DNA of 64,000 bases, taken from assembly GCA_030324005.1 (NCBI GenBank), contig JARDVH010000133.1:24579375-24643374 (forward strand), read 5' to 3'. Of this stretch, positions 12,851 to 25,115 are shown in pieces (the stretch's first letter is position 1; every line of letters begins with the position of its first letter). The stretch is from Negaprion brevirostris. Taxonomy: Eukaryota. The notes under the pieces are model-generated. The model had not been told where the DNA came from. It saw only the letters and a list, made by a program, of their open reading frames with translations, and ran no database searches. The position numbers and the translations under genes are program-made.

Positions 12851-15800
12851 AAGTTAACTTTCATCTCCCTTTTCCATAGAGAAAAAAAAGCAGTTTGCCT
12901 CACATTGTAAATTCTCTCCTCTGCCAAAAATATTAATTTTGGAAAATGAATTACTTTGATCTTAATATGCCACATGTGTCTTTATCCAAAAGTGAAAAGC
13001 TGGGAGTTTTAGTGTGGGCCTATAATCAGACTGAAACTCCTACGCCATAATTTTGTCCATCTCGAGCTGTCTTAAATGTTCTCTACATGCAATTGTGTAA
13101 TTTGACATTTTATAATGGTTCCTTGTAGGCACGCTGGAGTTTTATGCTTGACTGCTGTGCAGGAGCAGATACATTTATATTCAACAGCTATATTCAGAGG
13201 CGCTTCTGTTATTAGCTAAAAATAAAATTATTGTAAACCACATTTATGGATTGTAACAGGCAACTTATTAGGCTGTTGTCTTTGCATGGGAATGTTGAAA
13301 AAGGTTTGTTTTTGCATTACAACAGTGTTTGCAAGTTGTTCAACACTTAATGTTTAATTTAAAGCTTGGACTATCTTTGTTACAGAACAGCGAATGCTTC
13401 TCCTTAATAATTGTGTTGCAAAAACATGGAAATGCAAATTCTCCCAAATGACCATTGTTTGTTTGGATTTGCAATCTTTGTCCAACATGTTTCTGTGGTA
13501 ATATTTTCTGCTTTGATTTTTCTTTTTCCTGTCCCTTCTGAATTCTGTATTGTGCTATCCTGAGGCTGTTGCATTTATGCTTGATCCTTTGTTGAGTGGC
13601 GGGACCGATTAATGTAATAAACTGTCAATGAAAAAGGAATGTTCTGACTGATGGGCAGTGCATAGTCTGTAAATATGGCTCCTGGAAAAATCTGGAGCCA
13701 ACAAGCAGCTGTTATGTAATGGAAACCAGTGCTACGATTTATAGATTGGTCAAAGTTCAAAATAGAGCTCTCACTGCAGTGTGTTTTTCTGTGATTATCC
13801 ATTACTTAGGAAATATGTACCATCAGCTGGGCAAGTAGTACAGCAACACATTGTCTGCCTCCCATCTAGAGGGTCACAGTTCGAGTTCCAGGATTGCCTG
13901 TCACTCAAATATATTCATTCATCCATGTTAGCATTCGTTTCTCAGCTTTCACAAGCAGCAAGATGGGTGACCAAGTGAAAATAAGATATTCTGATTCACA
14001 GGGGGAATATAAATTAACACAAGGTGGCCTGTCCCACTTGAGTGGCAGCTCCCACTGGGTGTCAGCAAGTTGTATTGTCAGCTGTCAAGCATGTAGCATT
14101 GTCCAGGATCCACATATTTTCTCAGCTGGAGGTTAATTTGTGAAAATGAACTAGCTACAAAGGAAAACAGAACTGATGTCTATATTGAGATTTGTAGGTC
14201 TGAGTTCAGAAGTGTTCTTTGTTTTAGGCAGGTATTATAAAATAATCTAATGGTTACAACATCAGACAACAAAAACTTGGCTTTAGGTTTAGAGAACTGA
14301 ATCAGAATTGCAGCTGTGACAAACATTAACACCAACGCCAACATCCTAGTCCTGTCCTTTGTTTGAAAGGGAGGAGATTGCCCAGTTTGGACATGCTGCC
14401 TGGTCGGGTAACTAGACAGCCATGNNNNNNNNNNNNNNNNNNNNNNNNNNNNNNNNNNNNNNNNNNNNNNNNNNNNNNNNNNNNNNNNNNNNNNNNNNNN
14501 NNNNNNNNNNNNNNNNNNNNNNNNNNNNNNNNNNNNNNNNNNNNNNNNNNNNNNNNNNNNNNNNNNNNNNNNNNNNNNNNNNNNNNNNNNNNNNNNNNNN
14601 NNNNNNNNNNNNNNNNNNNNNNNNNNNNNNNNNNNNNNNNNNNNNNNNNNNNNNNNNNNNNNNNNNNNNNNNNNNNNNNNNNNNNNNNNNNNNNNNNNNN
14701 NNNNNNNNNNNNNNNNNNNNNNNNNNNNNNNNNNNNNNNNNNNNNNNNNNNNNNNNNNNNNNNNNNNNNNNNNNNNNNNNNNNNNNNNNNNNNNNNNNNN
14801 NNNNNNNNNNNNNNNNNNNNNNNNNNNNNNNNNNNNNNNNNNNNNNNNNNNNNNNNNNNNNNNNNNNNNNNNNNNNNNNNNNNNNNNNNNNGAATAAGCT
14901 CAATTATAACCTCCTTGCTTGAATAATATAAGACATGGCTCACACAGAAAGAGTGACCAACTGGGAGCCACTGATCCTCACGCAATCAAATACTGGACCT
15001 TTCAGAATCGACGGGAGAGCAACCACAATAAGTAACAGGTAAAATGACAAACTCAGTTAGAATTTGTCAGAGCAGACACAGGAGCTGCAGCTGTCAGTTT
15101 TATTTGAGGTAGCACTGTGCCATTAAATTATTAAAAGGAATGGATGTTGCCTTAAGCGTATATTCCCAGCCTTCAACTTGTATTAGGGGAAACAATCCTT
15201 CATGGTGCACAGAATTAGTTGTAAAATGTAGATGTTTGCTGGAATGAGTGGAGCACAGGATGGGAGCTGTGACTGATAGTTTCCTTACGACTGCATCATT
15301 TCACCGAGTTAACATGTACAAAATCAAATGTATAAAAAAACCTCATTAAACCTTTGGTCTCAGTGCTTTATTTTTAAGCTCAGAGCAGTGTGGGAAAGTT
15401 AATCCAAATTGGTCAGCACAAGAAATTAATAATGTTTTTTCTCTTACATTTACCTTTGCTTATAAGGAAGAAGGGGGCACATAAAAGGCAGTTTGGTTCA
15501 GAATATTGTGTGACCTACAGGGTGTTCCTGAGAAGGAACGTGAAATCCTTGAATTGATTGGAGGAGATCGCAAAGCCCACCGATCCCACAGGGATGAGTA
15601 AAACATTAACATTTTTCCTATAATTGAGATAATCCTCAAAATTCATGGTACACCGTGGGATGCTGTGCTTCTGTTATGTGACATGTTTTGACATCCTACA
15701 ATATATACCACAAAACTACTTCTGGAGAAATTTTAATTACCTTAGAAATATCAGGGATCTGGCAATGGTACCATGCCTTAGAGCACTAAAACATTATGGT

Positions 15801-16124
15801 GGAAGTTGCTTTGTTAGTTCAATTTCCCATTGGAGAGATTTCCCCTGATATTTGTTATAACATGTGCCTAAGTCACAATTTTGAGCAAAATCATAGAGTT
15901 ACAACTAATATCCTCAAATGTCATTAACAAANNNNNNNNNNNNNNNNNNNNNNNNNNNNNNNNNNNNNNNNNNNNNNNNNNNNNNNNNNNNNNNNNNNNN
16001 NNNNNNNNNNNNNNNNNNNNNNNNNNNNNNNAATACCACTGCACAAGAGACTGAAAAGAATGAATAGGAGATGGATGGAAAATACAGTGGAAGTGATATC
16101 TTTTAAGGAGGTTCTTGAAACAAG

Positions 16125-16765
16125 AGAGACAAGTGTCCTTTAGTTCTTCATTCCCCCACAAGGGGAAACATTCCCTCAGCACCTACTTTGTCAAGCCTCT
16201 TCAGGATCTTTTATATGTCACTAAAATCACCTCTATTCTTCTAAACTCGAATGAGTATAGGGCCAACCTGTTCAACTTTGCTCATAAAAAAAACCCGTTC
16301 ATTCCAGGAATCAACCTCGTAAACCTTCTCTGAGCTGCTGCAAATGTAAATATATTTCTCCTTAAATAAGAATACCAGAACTGTACACAGTACTCCCAGT
16401 GCAGTCTCTCCAACAACATCTGTAGTTACAGCAAGACTTTCCTACACCATCCCCCAATTAACAAAGGCCAATATTCCACTTGCTTTCCTAAATACTTACT
16501 GCATCTCTTAGCTAACTTTTGGTGATTCAAGTATAGGGACATCTAGATCCCTGTGTAGTACACCATCCTGCAGTCTCTCTGCATTGAAATAATATTCTGT
16601 GTGTCTATTCTTCCAGCCAAAGTAGACAAACTCACATTTTCCCACATTATCCTCCAATTACCAAAATTCTTGTCTACTCATTTCATCTACCTTTATTCAT
16701 TTTCTGATTCTTTGTATCCTCCTCGCAACTTATTTTCCTACCTACCTTTGTATCATCAGCAAATT
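16125..16765 (-). mobile_element. CR1 fragment
   Basis: Reverse complement of the CR1 RT C-terminal region (ttccaggaatcaacctcgtaaaccttctctg; tatcatcagcaaattt). Confidence 0.8.
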
Positions 16766-17200
16766 TGAGCCACTGAGCTGATCCCTTGTGATGCTTTCCT
16801 CTGAATTGTGAGGACTGGTTAGAGAAACTTGGGCTTTACAGCCAAAAAATTGAGACATCTAAGAAGTGATCGTACAGAAGCACATAAGATTGCAAAGGAT
16901 AACCCAGAACACCACTTCAAATNNNNNNNNNNNNNNNNNNNNNNNNNNNNNNNNNNNNNNNNNNNNNNNNNNNNNNNNNNNNNNNNNNNNNNNNNNNNNN
17001 NNNNNNNNNNNNNNNNNNNNNNCTTCAAATGAAATTGTGCGAATAGGAGGAGGCGACATAGATTCAAACAAATCATAGGTAATTTTAGGACTGATGTCAA
17101 AAAATTCTTCACGCAGAGAATGACCAACATGTGAAATAACCTCCCATAAAGAGTAGTGGAGTTAGAAAATATGGAATAATTGAATGTAACAACAGCTTAT

Positions 17201-17313
17201 GGATGGAATTCTCTGGCCGCGCTGGTCTAAAAGTTGGAAATTCCAGCCCGTCTGTCAATGGGCCTTCACATTGTCTGCAATTGCAGTGGTGGGCAAGTAA
17301 GAGGATTCCGTCC
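17201..17313. mobile_element. Short MITE inserted in the L2 tail
   Basis: TIRs ggatggaattctc / gaggattccgtcc, flanks tat/tac. Confidence 0.7.
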
Positions 17314-18287
17314 TACATTTAAATAACACCTTTAACATAATGAAATGTCCCAAGGTGCTTCACAGAAGCATTATAAAACAAAGTGTAACACCAAGCCACA
17401 GAAGGAGATTTGGGTCAGATGACCAAAGGTTTGATCAAATAATTCAGTTTAAGAAGTATCTGAAAATGTGGCCACTAATGGTGGAAAATTATGATAGGGA
17501 ATGCTCAAGAGGCCAGATTAGAGGAGCACAGATATCTTGGAGGGTTGTAGTGTTGGAGGAGATTACGCAGATAGGGAGGGGCAAGGCCATGGAGTGATTT
17601 GAAAACAAGAATGAGAACTTTAAAATCAAGAAGCCTCTTGACCGAAACCCAGTGTAGGCCAGCAAGCACAGGGATGGTAGTGAAACAGGGCTTGACATGA
17701 GTTAAGACACAGACTGCAGAGTTTTGGATGACCTCAGGTTTATGGAGATGAGAATGTGGGAGAGCAGCCATTGGAATAATCTAGTCTAGAGGAAACAAAA
17801 GCATGGATGAGGGATTCAGTAGCAGATAACAGAGACAGGAGCAAAGTCGAGTGATGTTATAGAGGAGGAAATAGTCTCAGCATGGCACAAATTTGAGGTT
17901 GGAGGCTCATCTCAGGATCAAATATGACACTAAGGTTGTTAACAGACTGGTTTTATCTCAGAGTGTTGTCAGTAAGAGGGGTAGAATCCATAGGTAGAGA
18001 ACAGAATTTGGAGTGGGGACAGTAAAGAATGGCTTCAGTCTTCCATTACGTAATTGGAGGAAACTCCTGCTGCTCCAGTACTAAATGTTGACAAAGCATT
18101 TTGACATTTTAGTGATAGTGGAGTAGTTAAGAGAAGTATTGATAAGGTAGAGCTGGGTGTCATTAATGTGACAGTGAATACTAACCTCATGTCTTTGGAT
18201 GATGTTGCCAAGGGACAGCATGTAAATGAGAAATTGAAGGTGGCTATGGACTGATCCTTGGGATCACTAGAGCTTATTAAAGATTCT

Positions 18288-18480
18288 ATTTATTTATTTA
18301 TATATGTCACAAGTAGGCTTAAAGTAACACTGTAATGAAGTTACTGAGAAAATCCCTGAGTTACCACACTCCAGTGCCTGTTTGGGTACACTGAGGGAAA
18401 ATTTAGCATGGCCAACAGGCCTAACCAACACATCTATCGAACTGTGGGAGGAAACCAGAGCACCTGAAGGGAACCCAGTC
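18288..18480 (-). mobile_element. 5'-truncated V-SINE with a non-CR1 tail
   Basis: V core (aatttagcatggccaa, ctgtgggaggaaacc) joined to the tail gtcacaagtaggctt..aatgaagttactg. Confidence 0.75.
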
Positions 18481-18808
18481 TGTTAGAGATAACAGGAAGA
18501 CAATTGTCGCGAGTAATTTTCTGGCTACGTTTAGATAGATAAGAATGGAACCATTTGAGAGCAGTCCCACCTAGCTGGGTAACAGTGGAGAGGCATTGGA
18601 GGAGGATGGCATGTTACACTATATCAAAGGCTGCAGACAGGTCAAGAAGCACAAAGGCAGGAAAGTTTATCTTTACCGCAGTCACATAGGCTGTCATTTG
18701 CGACTCCGATTAGAACCATTTCAGTACTGGGATTAGCGGGATTCAAACACTGAATCTGGGAGCAAGGGGAATAACTTGGAAGTAATAACACATTCAGGTG
18801 TGTGGGGG

Positions 18809-19770
18809 GGGCGTGATTCTCTGAAAACAATTCAAAGGGTTGAAAAACTGGAGTGAATAATGCTAGTTTTTTCAGTGGGAGTTTAAAAAAGTATCTCCCA
18901 CACACTGTGCACGACAGAGTGCACTAGTGTAAATCCCATTGAAAAGCTGGGGTCAGGGTCTATTTCTGTGGAAAAACCTGGCAGCATCGTGCTGAGCAGG
19001 CCACTGCTCGCATGCGCTAGTCTGTCAGTGCCTAGATTGACGTGTGTGCAGTGGCCCCTGTTTGCCAGTCTACCGACTGCTGACCAGCTCGATCGCTGAC
19101 TAGCCGGACGATCTCCACATTGCCGGTCTCCTGGACATTTCCGAGGCAGCCTCCAAACGCCCCCATCCCTGGCCTGCCTCAATCTCTCACCCACACCCCA
19201 CTGGCAGTCCCAGCAGGTTGCCGCCCCCACCAACCCCATGCACCCGAGTGGCCAGCCCCAATCGTTGGCCTTCCCCCTACCCTTGCCGATCCTGATTGCA
19301 GTGTGGCGGCAGGAACACCCCCCCCACCTTACCCCCTCAGTTCGCCCCCATCTGGCCCCACCAACCCATAGGTCTAAGGCCAATGAGCAGTGCCAAGGTG
19401 CCCCCTGGGCATTGGCATTTTGCGCTTTAGGTAGCGCTGGGGTCCAAGGCTGGCACTGCCAAGGTGGCACTGCTCAGGGGGCACAACCCCAGGGCTTGAC
19501 CTTCTGCGGGGGATCTCAATTGCCCCCCTTCACTCCAGCGGAGTTGGGCTGCCAGCTCCCTGAAAGTGGGGAGCTAGTGTAAACCGCACTGGAATGAAAT
19601 ACCCCTGGTGGTTGGGGGGTGGGGGGCTAGCGGACAATTGGGCACTGGGAGAAGCGTTCAGGGTCAGGGACATGCTGAGGACCAGATTCGCCGCAATTTG
19701 GTTGGCACTTGAATCTCCTGGCCTACTGCGCTAAAAAAATCAGTGCAACAGGATGGGAGAATTTCACCCC
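18809..19770. mobile_element. About 960-bp MITE-like element inserted in L2
   Basis: TIRs gggcgtgattctc / gagaatttcaccc; GC/CpG-rich interior; L2 resumes on both sides. Confidence 0.75.
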
Positions 19771-20090
19771 TGGACTTTGGAGAGAAAAGGGAGGTTGGAG
19801 ATAGGATGGTAGTTTGCAAGGATGGATTTTGAGGAGAGAGGTGATTACAGCAGATATCAAGATGAGAGAAAGAAACAGTACCTGAAGTGAGAGAATTGTT
19901 TACAATATTGACCAACCTGGGGGCCAGATGGGTGATTAGCAGTTTTGCAGGAATGCGATTGAGGGAACATATTAAGATTTATCTGAATGGATTCAATAAG
20001 ATGAACTGAATGGTTTTCTTTGCATGTGATTTCACATGTGATTACACTGTGATCTTGTGAGTTTGGAAGTGGGAGTTTTACCTTAGTTTG

Positions 20091-20714
20091 TGTAGTCGGG
20101 CAGAATCCAGAACTGGGGCAAATCCAGGGTGTGCATGTAAAAGCAGGAAAAGAAATGTCTAAGAAAGGGTTAAAACACAGGGTCCACCGTAACTGTGGGC
20201 ACACATACCCAATTAACATCTCAGACTGCCAACACAGTTACTTTACAGGTGAGATCATTTCAAGGCCTTAGCAAACAATGCAGGGTCAATACTGATTAGC
20301 AAGGCTCCATGCAGTCTAGAAAAATCATTGTTCCTAGAAACTGGGGAGGTGGGATGCTTATCACACCATCAAAACCTATTTATCACAGACATCGCTTTTG
20401 TATAACAAAACAGATAGACAAGGATGGCTGGATGCAACCAATTAATGTGAAGTATCCAGGACAATAGACCCACCTAATGTGATCAACTATAATCAATTCA
20501 AGCTAGTCATATCAGTGAAATCCAGTATTACAATACTCTGAACCCCAGAGAACAGTATAAGTAATGTGTACAGCCTTTGTATCTTCAGAATCAGCCTAGA
20601 TACAGACTGGACTTCACTGGATCCGGGCTGATTCTTCCTCACACATGTGGAAATAAAACCATTTTGCTGAAGCCTGACATGGATTCAAAGACTCCTTGTT
20701 TATTCCGTCCTACA
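20091..20714 (+). mobile_element. Solo LTR (624 bp)
   Basis: TGTAG...CTACA ends, perfect GTTTG TSD (20086-20090, 20715-20719), TATAA at 20556, AATAAA at 20652. Confidence 0.88.
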
Positions 20715-20831
20715 GTTTGGTTTTGTTTTTACAGTTATTAGTATAATTCCAGGATCCTGTTCAGCTTGTTTATTATTCTTGTCATTGAAACAGAAGATCA
20801 TCAGTTCAGTTATTGGGGGATTTAGTTGCAA

Positions 20832-20965
20832 CAAAAACAGAAATGCTGGAAAATCTCAGCAGTTCTGACAGCATCTGTGGAGAGAGAAGAGAGCCAAATG
20901 TTTCTGGATGACCCTTCATCGAAGCTGTTTTTCAGATTCCAGCATCTGCAGTAATTTGCTTTAAT
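20832..20965 (-). mobile_element. Penelope-like pseudo-LTR remnant (family 2)
   Basis: aaacagaaatgctgga..cagcatctgtggagagag..gtttc..gatgacccttcatc; related to 11500-11560 and 47405. Confidence 0.65.
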
Positions 20966-21060
20966 CTTAAACTTAGTTGACGAGCCTGGGGACTTGATGC
21001 CTTATGTGTTTGTGTGCATTGCAGAGTCTAGTTTGATACCTCACTATCTATATTATTTGT

Positions 21061-21229
21061 GTGACGTGGAGATGCCGGTGTGGGATTGGGGTGGGCATAG
21101 TAAGAAATCTCACAAAACCAAGTTAAAGTCCAAAAGGACTCATCTGATGAACGAGCAGTGCTCGGAAATCTCGTGATTCCAAATAAACCTGTTGGACTTT
21201 AACCTGTTGTTGTGAGACTTCTTATTGTA
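21061..21229 (+). mobile_element. Foldback Penelope-derived mini-element with a hammerhead core
   Basis: Inverted arms 21096-21133 / 21192-21229 around CTGATGA..GAAA. Confidence 0.75.
21140..21176 (+). ncRNA. Minimal type-I hammerhead ribozyme motif (probably decayed)
   Basis: TCAT-CTGATGA-A-CGAGC agt GCTCG-GAAA-TCTC-GTGA. Stem I is TCAT/GTGA; stem II is 5 bp. Confidence 0.6.
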
Positions 21230-21904
21230 TTATTTGTGTAGGAGAATATCATCGCGAATTATTTGTGTCTGGATGTTTTGACATTAGTTTGGTGTTGACT
21301 GCTTCATTTGCTTCTGTATATCCTTAGGTTGAATTATCTCGCATCCTGGAAATTGCATTTGCCATCATATACTGTCCTTTGTTTTCTTCAGTTATGTCTT
21401 CATTTTAGATAAACATTGACCATTAGATCATAAGACATAGCAGCAGAATTAGGCCACTCTAGTTACTCTGTTGCTCTGTTACCCTATGTCTTACAGAAGT
21501 ATGGAGCCATGTTGTTAGTCATATTCTATAGAGTACTAATGATCATCAAGCTATCTTAAATCACAAGCAATCTGTAATTGTTATTTTCAGCCAATTCATC
21601 AATAGCTCTACTTTGTTTCCTTCTTCCTGCCTTGAGCTAATTATTTCTCATCCGTCTTTCTGTGTAACTTTTAGCTTTGTCAGATATATTGTCAGTGGAC
21701 AATGGAATAGACTGTTGTTTGAAATGCCTGTCGTGTTGGTGAATATTCCTGTGAGAACACTAGACGCATATCTGCACTGCCCTTTGTTTAAAGTGGAGGG
21801 AAAAGCTCTGCCAGGGTTGTATTTATTCATTGCGTGAAATGTCTTTTCGTTGTCTTATTTCATGTAGTGTTATCACTTTCTTTGTTTCTCATTGGTTTGT
21901 TGTA

Positions 21905-22042
21905 ATTAAGGGTTAAGGGTTATGGGGAGCAGGTGGGAAAGTGGAACTGATCCACTTCAGATCAGCCATGATCTTATTGAATGGCGGGGCAGGGTTGAAG
22001 GGCAAGATGGCCTACTCCTGCTCCTATTTCTTATGTTCTTAT
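21905..22042 (+). mobile_element. CR1 3' tail (young subfamily; also 23224-23297 + and 28027-28098 -)
   Basis: gatcagccatgatcttattgaatggcggggcagg..ggcctactcctgctcctatttcttatgttcttatg. Confidence 0.85.
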
Positions 22043-22084
22043 GATGTGGAGATGCCAGACATTGTTGTGAGACTTTTTACTGAA

Positions 22085-22900
22085 TTAACATTGTGACAGT
22101 CCAAATAAAATTATTGGCAGGACTTGATTTGGATCTAAAGAAAGCCATTGAGATAACTCTATCTTTGGCGAATGTAGAGAAAGGAGCTCATGAACTACAA
22201 GAAACATCAGACAACTGTGTCCTCTGGGATAGACCTCGTGCAATGTCCATACCACAACTGAGAGCAGTGATATTGGTAAAATATCTCAGGGGTGGAGCCT
22301 GAGTCGCATCATCAGGCAGTCAAATAAGGTCAGGGACAGTCCTCAGACTTGTAAAGAGCATATTCCAGAAGGTAGGTTGTAGATGCCAGAAGGTGGACTA
22401 TTGCAAGTGCTGCAGAAGGCCACAACCAAAACCAAAGTGTAGGGAGAGTCACAACAATATTTTGGAAAAAGGCCGGTACAGGACCATACCTTGCAGTTAG
22501 GCCCACAACCAGGAACAAGGAAAATGTTCTTATTTTGCATTCTCATGACAAATGTTACCTTCATAAAGGTGCTGTTAGTAAATGGACGCCCATTAAAAAT
22601 GGAAATGCATACAGGGGCTGCAATCTCCGTTATCAGGGAACAGACTTATAATCGACTCTGGGCTGGTATTCAGCTCCTGAACTTGGAAAGCACAAAGGCC
22701 AGGCTGGCCACCTCCACGGGAACTATTGCAGATAAAAGGCACCACGGCAACCCTATTAACTTATAGACAGCAGTCAGCCCAACTTCCACTCGTCATTTTA
22801 CTGGACAAGGACCGAGCCTTAAGGATAGAGATTGGCTCCAATGCACCAGACTGAACCAGCTGGAGATCTTTGGGATGGGCAAGGGGGATTGTAGTGGAGA
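22085..22900 (+). mobile_element. Gypsy-type LTR retrotransposon gag-protease remnant
   Basis: IKLLAGLDLDLKKAIEITLS (gag); VNGRPLKMEMHTGAAISVI (aspartic protease, DTGA decayed to HTGA). Confidence 0.8.
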
Positions 22901-24799
22901 CTTTAACAGCCATGGGGATGACCACTGCCAGTATCAAGCCTGTGAGTTGAGCCTGGAAGCCTGCCCCTCCAACTAATGAGGGCATGGTTTCCGAGATGGA
23001 AGTGGAAGAGACTGGTGCCTCCACTGAAGTGAGACCTCAAGAAGTACCAGAGTCGATGACTTCATGGTGCTCCCTTTGGAAGTAAACGTCTCCAATCTGC
23101 TTCACACCTTGACCCAGTTCTATNNNNNNNNNNNNNNNNNNNNNNNNNNNNNNNNNNNNNNNNNNNNNNNNNNNNNNNNNNNNNNNNNNNNNNNNNNNNN
23201 NNNNNNNNNNNNNNNNNNNNNNNTTGAATGGCGGGGCAGGCTCGAAGGGCGAGATGGCCTACTCCTGCTCCTATTTCTTATGTTCTTATGTTCTTATGTA
23301 ATTGTTGACTGCCTGGTTACCATTGATGGTCGCACAGTCCAAGGTGCATTTCACATCCTAAGACTAAATTTTCTTTTTATTCTTGCTGTCACTCTTGTTC
23401 AGTCTGTCATTTCTTGTTTCTGTTACATTCCTATAATTTCAGTGCCATGTCAATGCTGTGATGTCTTGCCTTTCTTTCTTGCTAATGTTTTGCTGTGTAA
23501 AATTTCTGTATCTATTGTAGTCAATCATCCTCATTCATGTCGTTTATCAATTCTGCTAAGTATTTTTCTTAGTGACCCAAAATACAGAAGATGGACACCC
23601 TGTCCCCATACTTCTGTCAACATTCTTCCTAAATTGGATGGCAAGTGAAATGGCGTTAGAGGGGTGAGTTTCCCTTCTTACCCTCTGTGCAGAGGTGGTT
23701 AGTTTTGCTTCCCTGTAGCATCTTGGCTGAGATAACTGATTCAAACAAGAAAGAAGGGATCAAGCCTCAGTACGAAGCCCTTGTGTCTCTGTATGAACAC
23801 GACAGTGTGTTACGTTGTTAATGAGCATTACCTCCTTCCTAAAATGCAGCTTCAAATTCTTCACACGGCTTAGCACTCCAAATAATTTTCCCCCAGGACC
23901 TCAAAATGGTGGGACTCTTTACCAATATAATCTTACTCCTACGGTTTTCAGTCTTTTAAATTCTCAGATTGATATCAACTATTCTCTACTTCTAGATTTA
24001 CCTCATCTTCCCTTTTATTGTTTTTGTATGAGCTTCAGCTCTTCAAATTAGTCACTCAATGGAAACCAATCTCCAGCTGCCACCTATTTCTGTAATTATG
24101 TTTAAAATGTAAATTAGTTTGATTAATAACATGCCATGCTCATGAGATATTAGTATATGAGTCAATAAATGTAATACTGCATATTGGTTCTTTGTGTTGA
24201 CTTTCTGGTCATAATGGATCAGTGAGAACAAGCAAAGGGTTACTTTTCATTCTTTCAATGTGTCTATCTCCTACAGAAAGCCCTGGTCAACTGGTCCTGA
24301 TGGTGGAAGATAACATATTCAAATGATAGTCCTGATAAGGAGAATTACGTGCTGCCTTCATGTTGCACCAACCTGCATTGGTCTAGGAGCTATTATTGAC
24401 AATTTCCCAGCATTATCTGTTCCTGGAATTTCTCTGCCCTCCATTGAGCCATTGAATTCTTCCTCTCACTTGCCAACCATCTCCTTCCCTCATCTCTAAA
24501 CTGAATTTCTTCAACAAACACTGGTTGTGGATTCCCTTGATTACTACGGGCTTTCTAATCTTGTTCAATATCCATAATATATTTTAGTACGGACTTGCCT
24601 AGCTGTTCATCATGCACTGTAATCCATAACTACTTGGTTGAAAATTCCGTTTTCCCACCTGCCCTCCCATTTTGATCTCCTTTCCTCCTCTTGTCCTATT
24701 GTCTATTTTCTATTTTTCCTGTAAGTTTTTATTTCCCATTTTTCATCCCACTGCTTCATGTGGAAATCTATTCAGTTCCATTTTCTGCACCCTCCTGTA

Positions 24800-24855
24800 C
24801 TACAGTAAGAAGTCTCACAACACCAGGTTAAAGTCCAACAGATTTATTTGGTAGC
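24800..24855 (-). mobile_element. Penelope family-1 terminus running into a gap
   Basis: cagtaagaagtctcacaacaccaggttaaagtccaaca, the same arm as 21096 and 26906. Confidence 0.75.
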
Positions 24856-25115
24856 NNNNNNNNNNNNNNNNNNNNNNNNNNNNNNNNNNNNNNNNNNNNN
24901 NNNNNNNNNNNNNNNNNNNNNNNNNNNNNNNNNNNNNNNNNNNNNNNNNNNNNNNCGCTTTTGTTTTTTGACAAGCTCGTCTGAGCAGGAAGACTGGAAC
25001 GGTAAACACAACCCACTGTCACTAAAATGCTCCAAACGCTTGCTATCTGATTTGACGTGTGCACAGTGCCTTGTTGTGTTTCGGACATCCCCAGTCCAGC
25101 CTCACGGGGAGTCGC

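Larger units (their letters stand above)
17188..19960 (-). mobile_element. L2-type LINE remnant with three nested inserts
   Basis: Tail (reverse complement gtgaagcaccttgggacattt..ttaaaggtg). Minus-strand VIQNSAVCVLT, PVLAGLHW, DFKVLILVFKSLHGLAPPYL, STEMVLIGVANDSL L2 motifs. Confidence 0.85.

Noticed and set aside
14315-15055. Possible LTR or element with tgacaaac direct repeats
   Set aside because: Mostly gap; termini and TSD are not convincing.
15468-15600. Acceptor-like site followed by purine-rich sequence
   Set aside because: Stops in all three frames and no good donor.
18883-19582. GC-rich overlapping ORFs and apparent CpG island
   Set aside because: Interior of a MITE; no protein homology recognisable.
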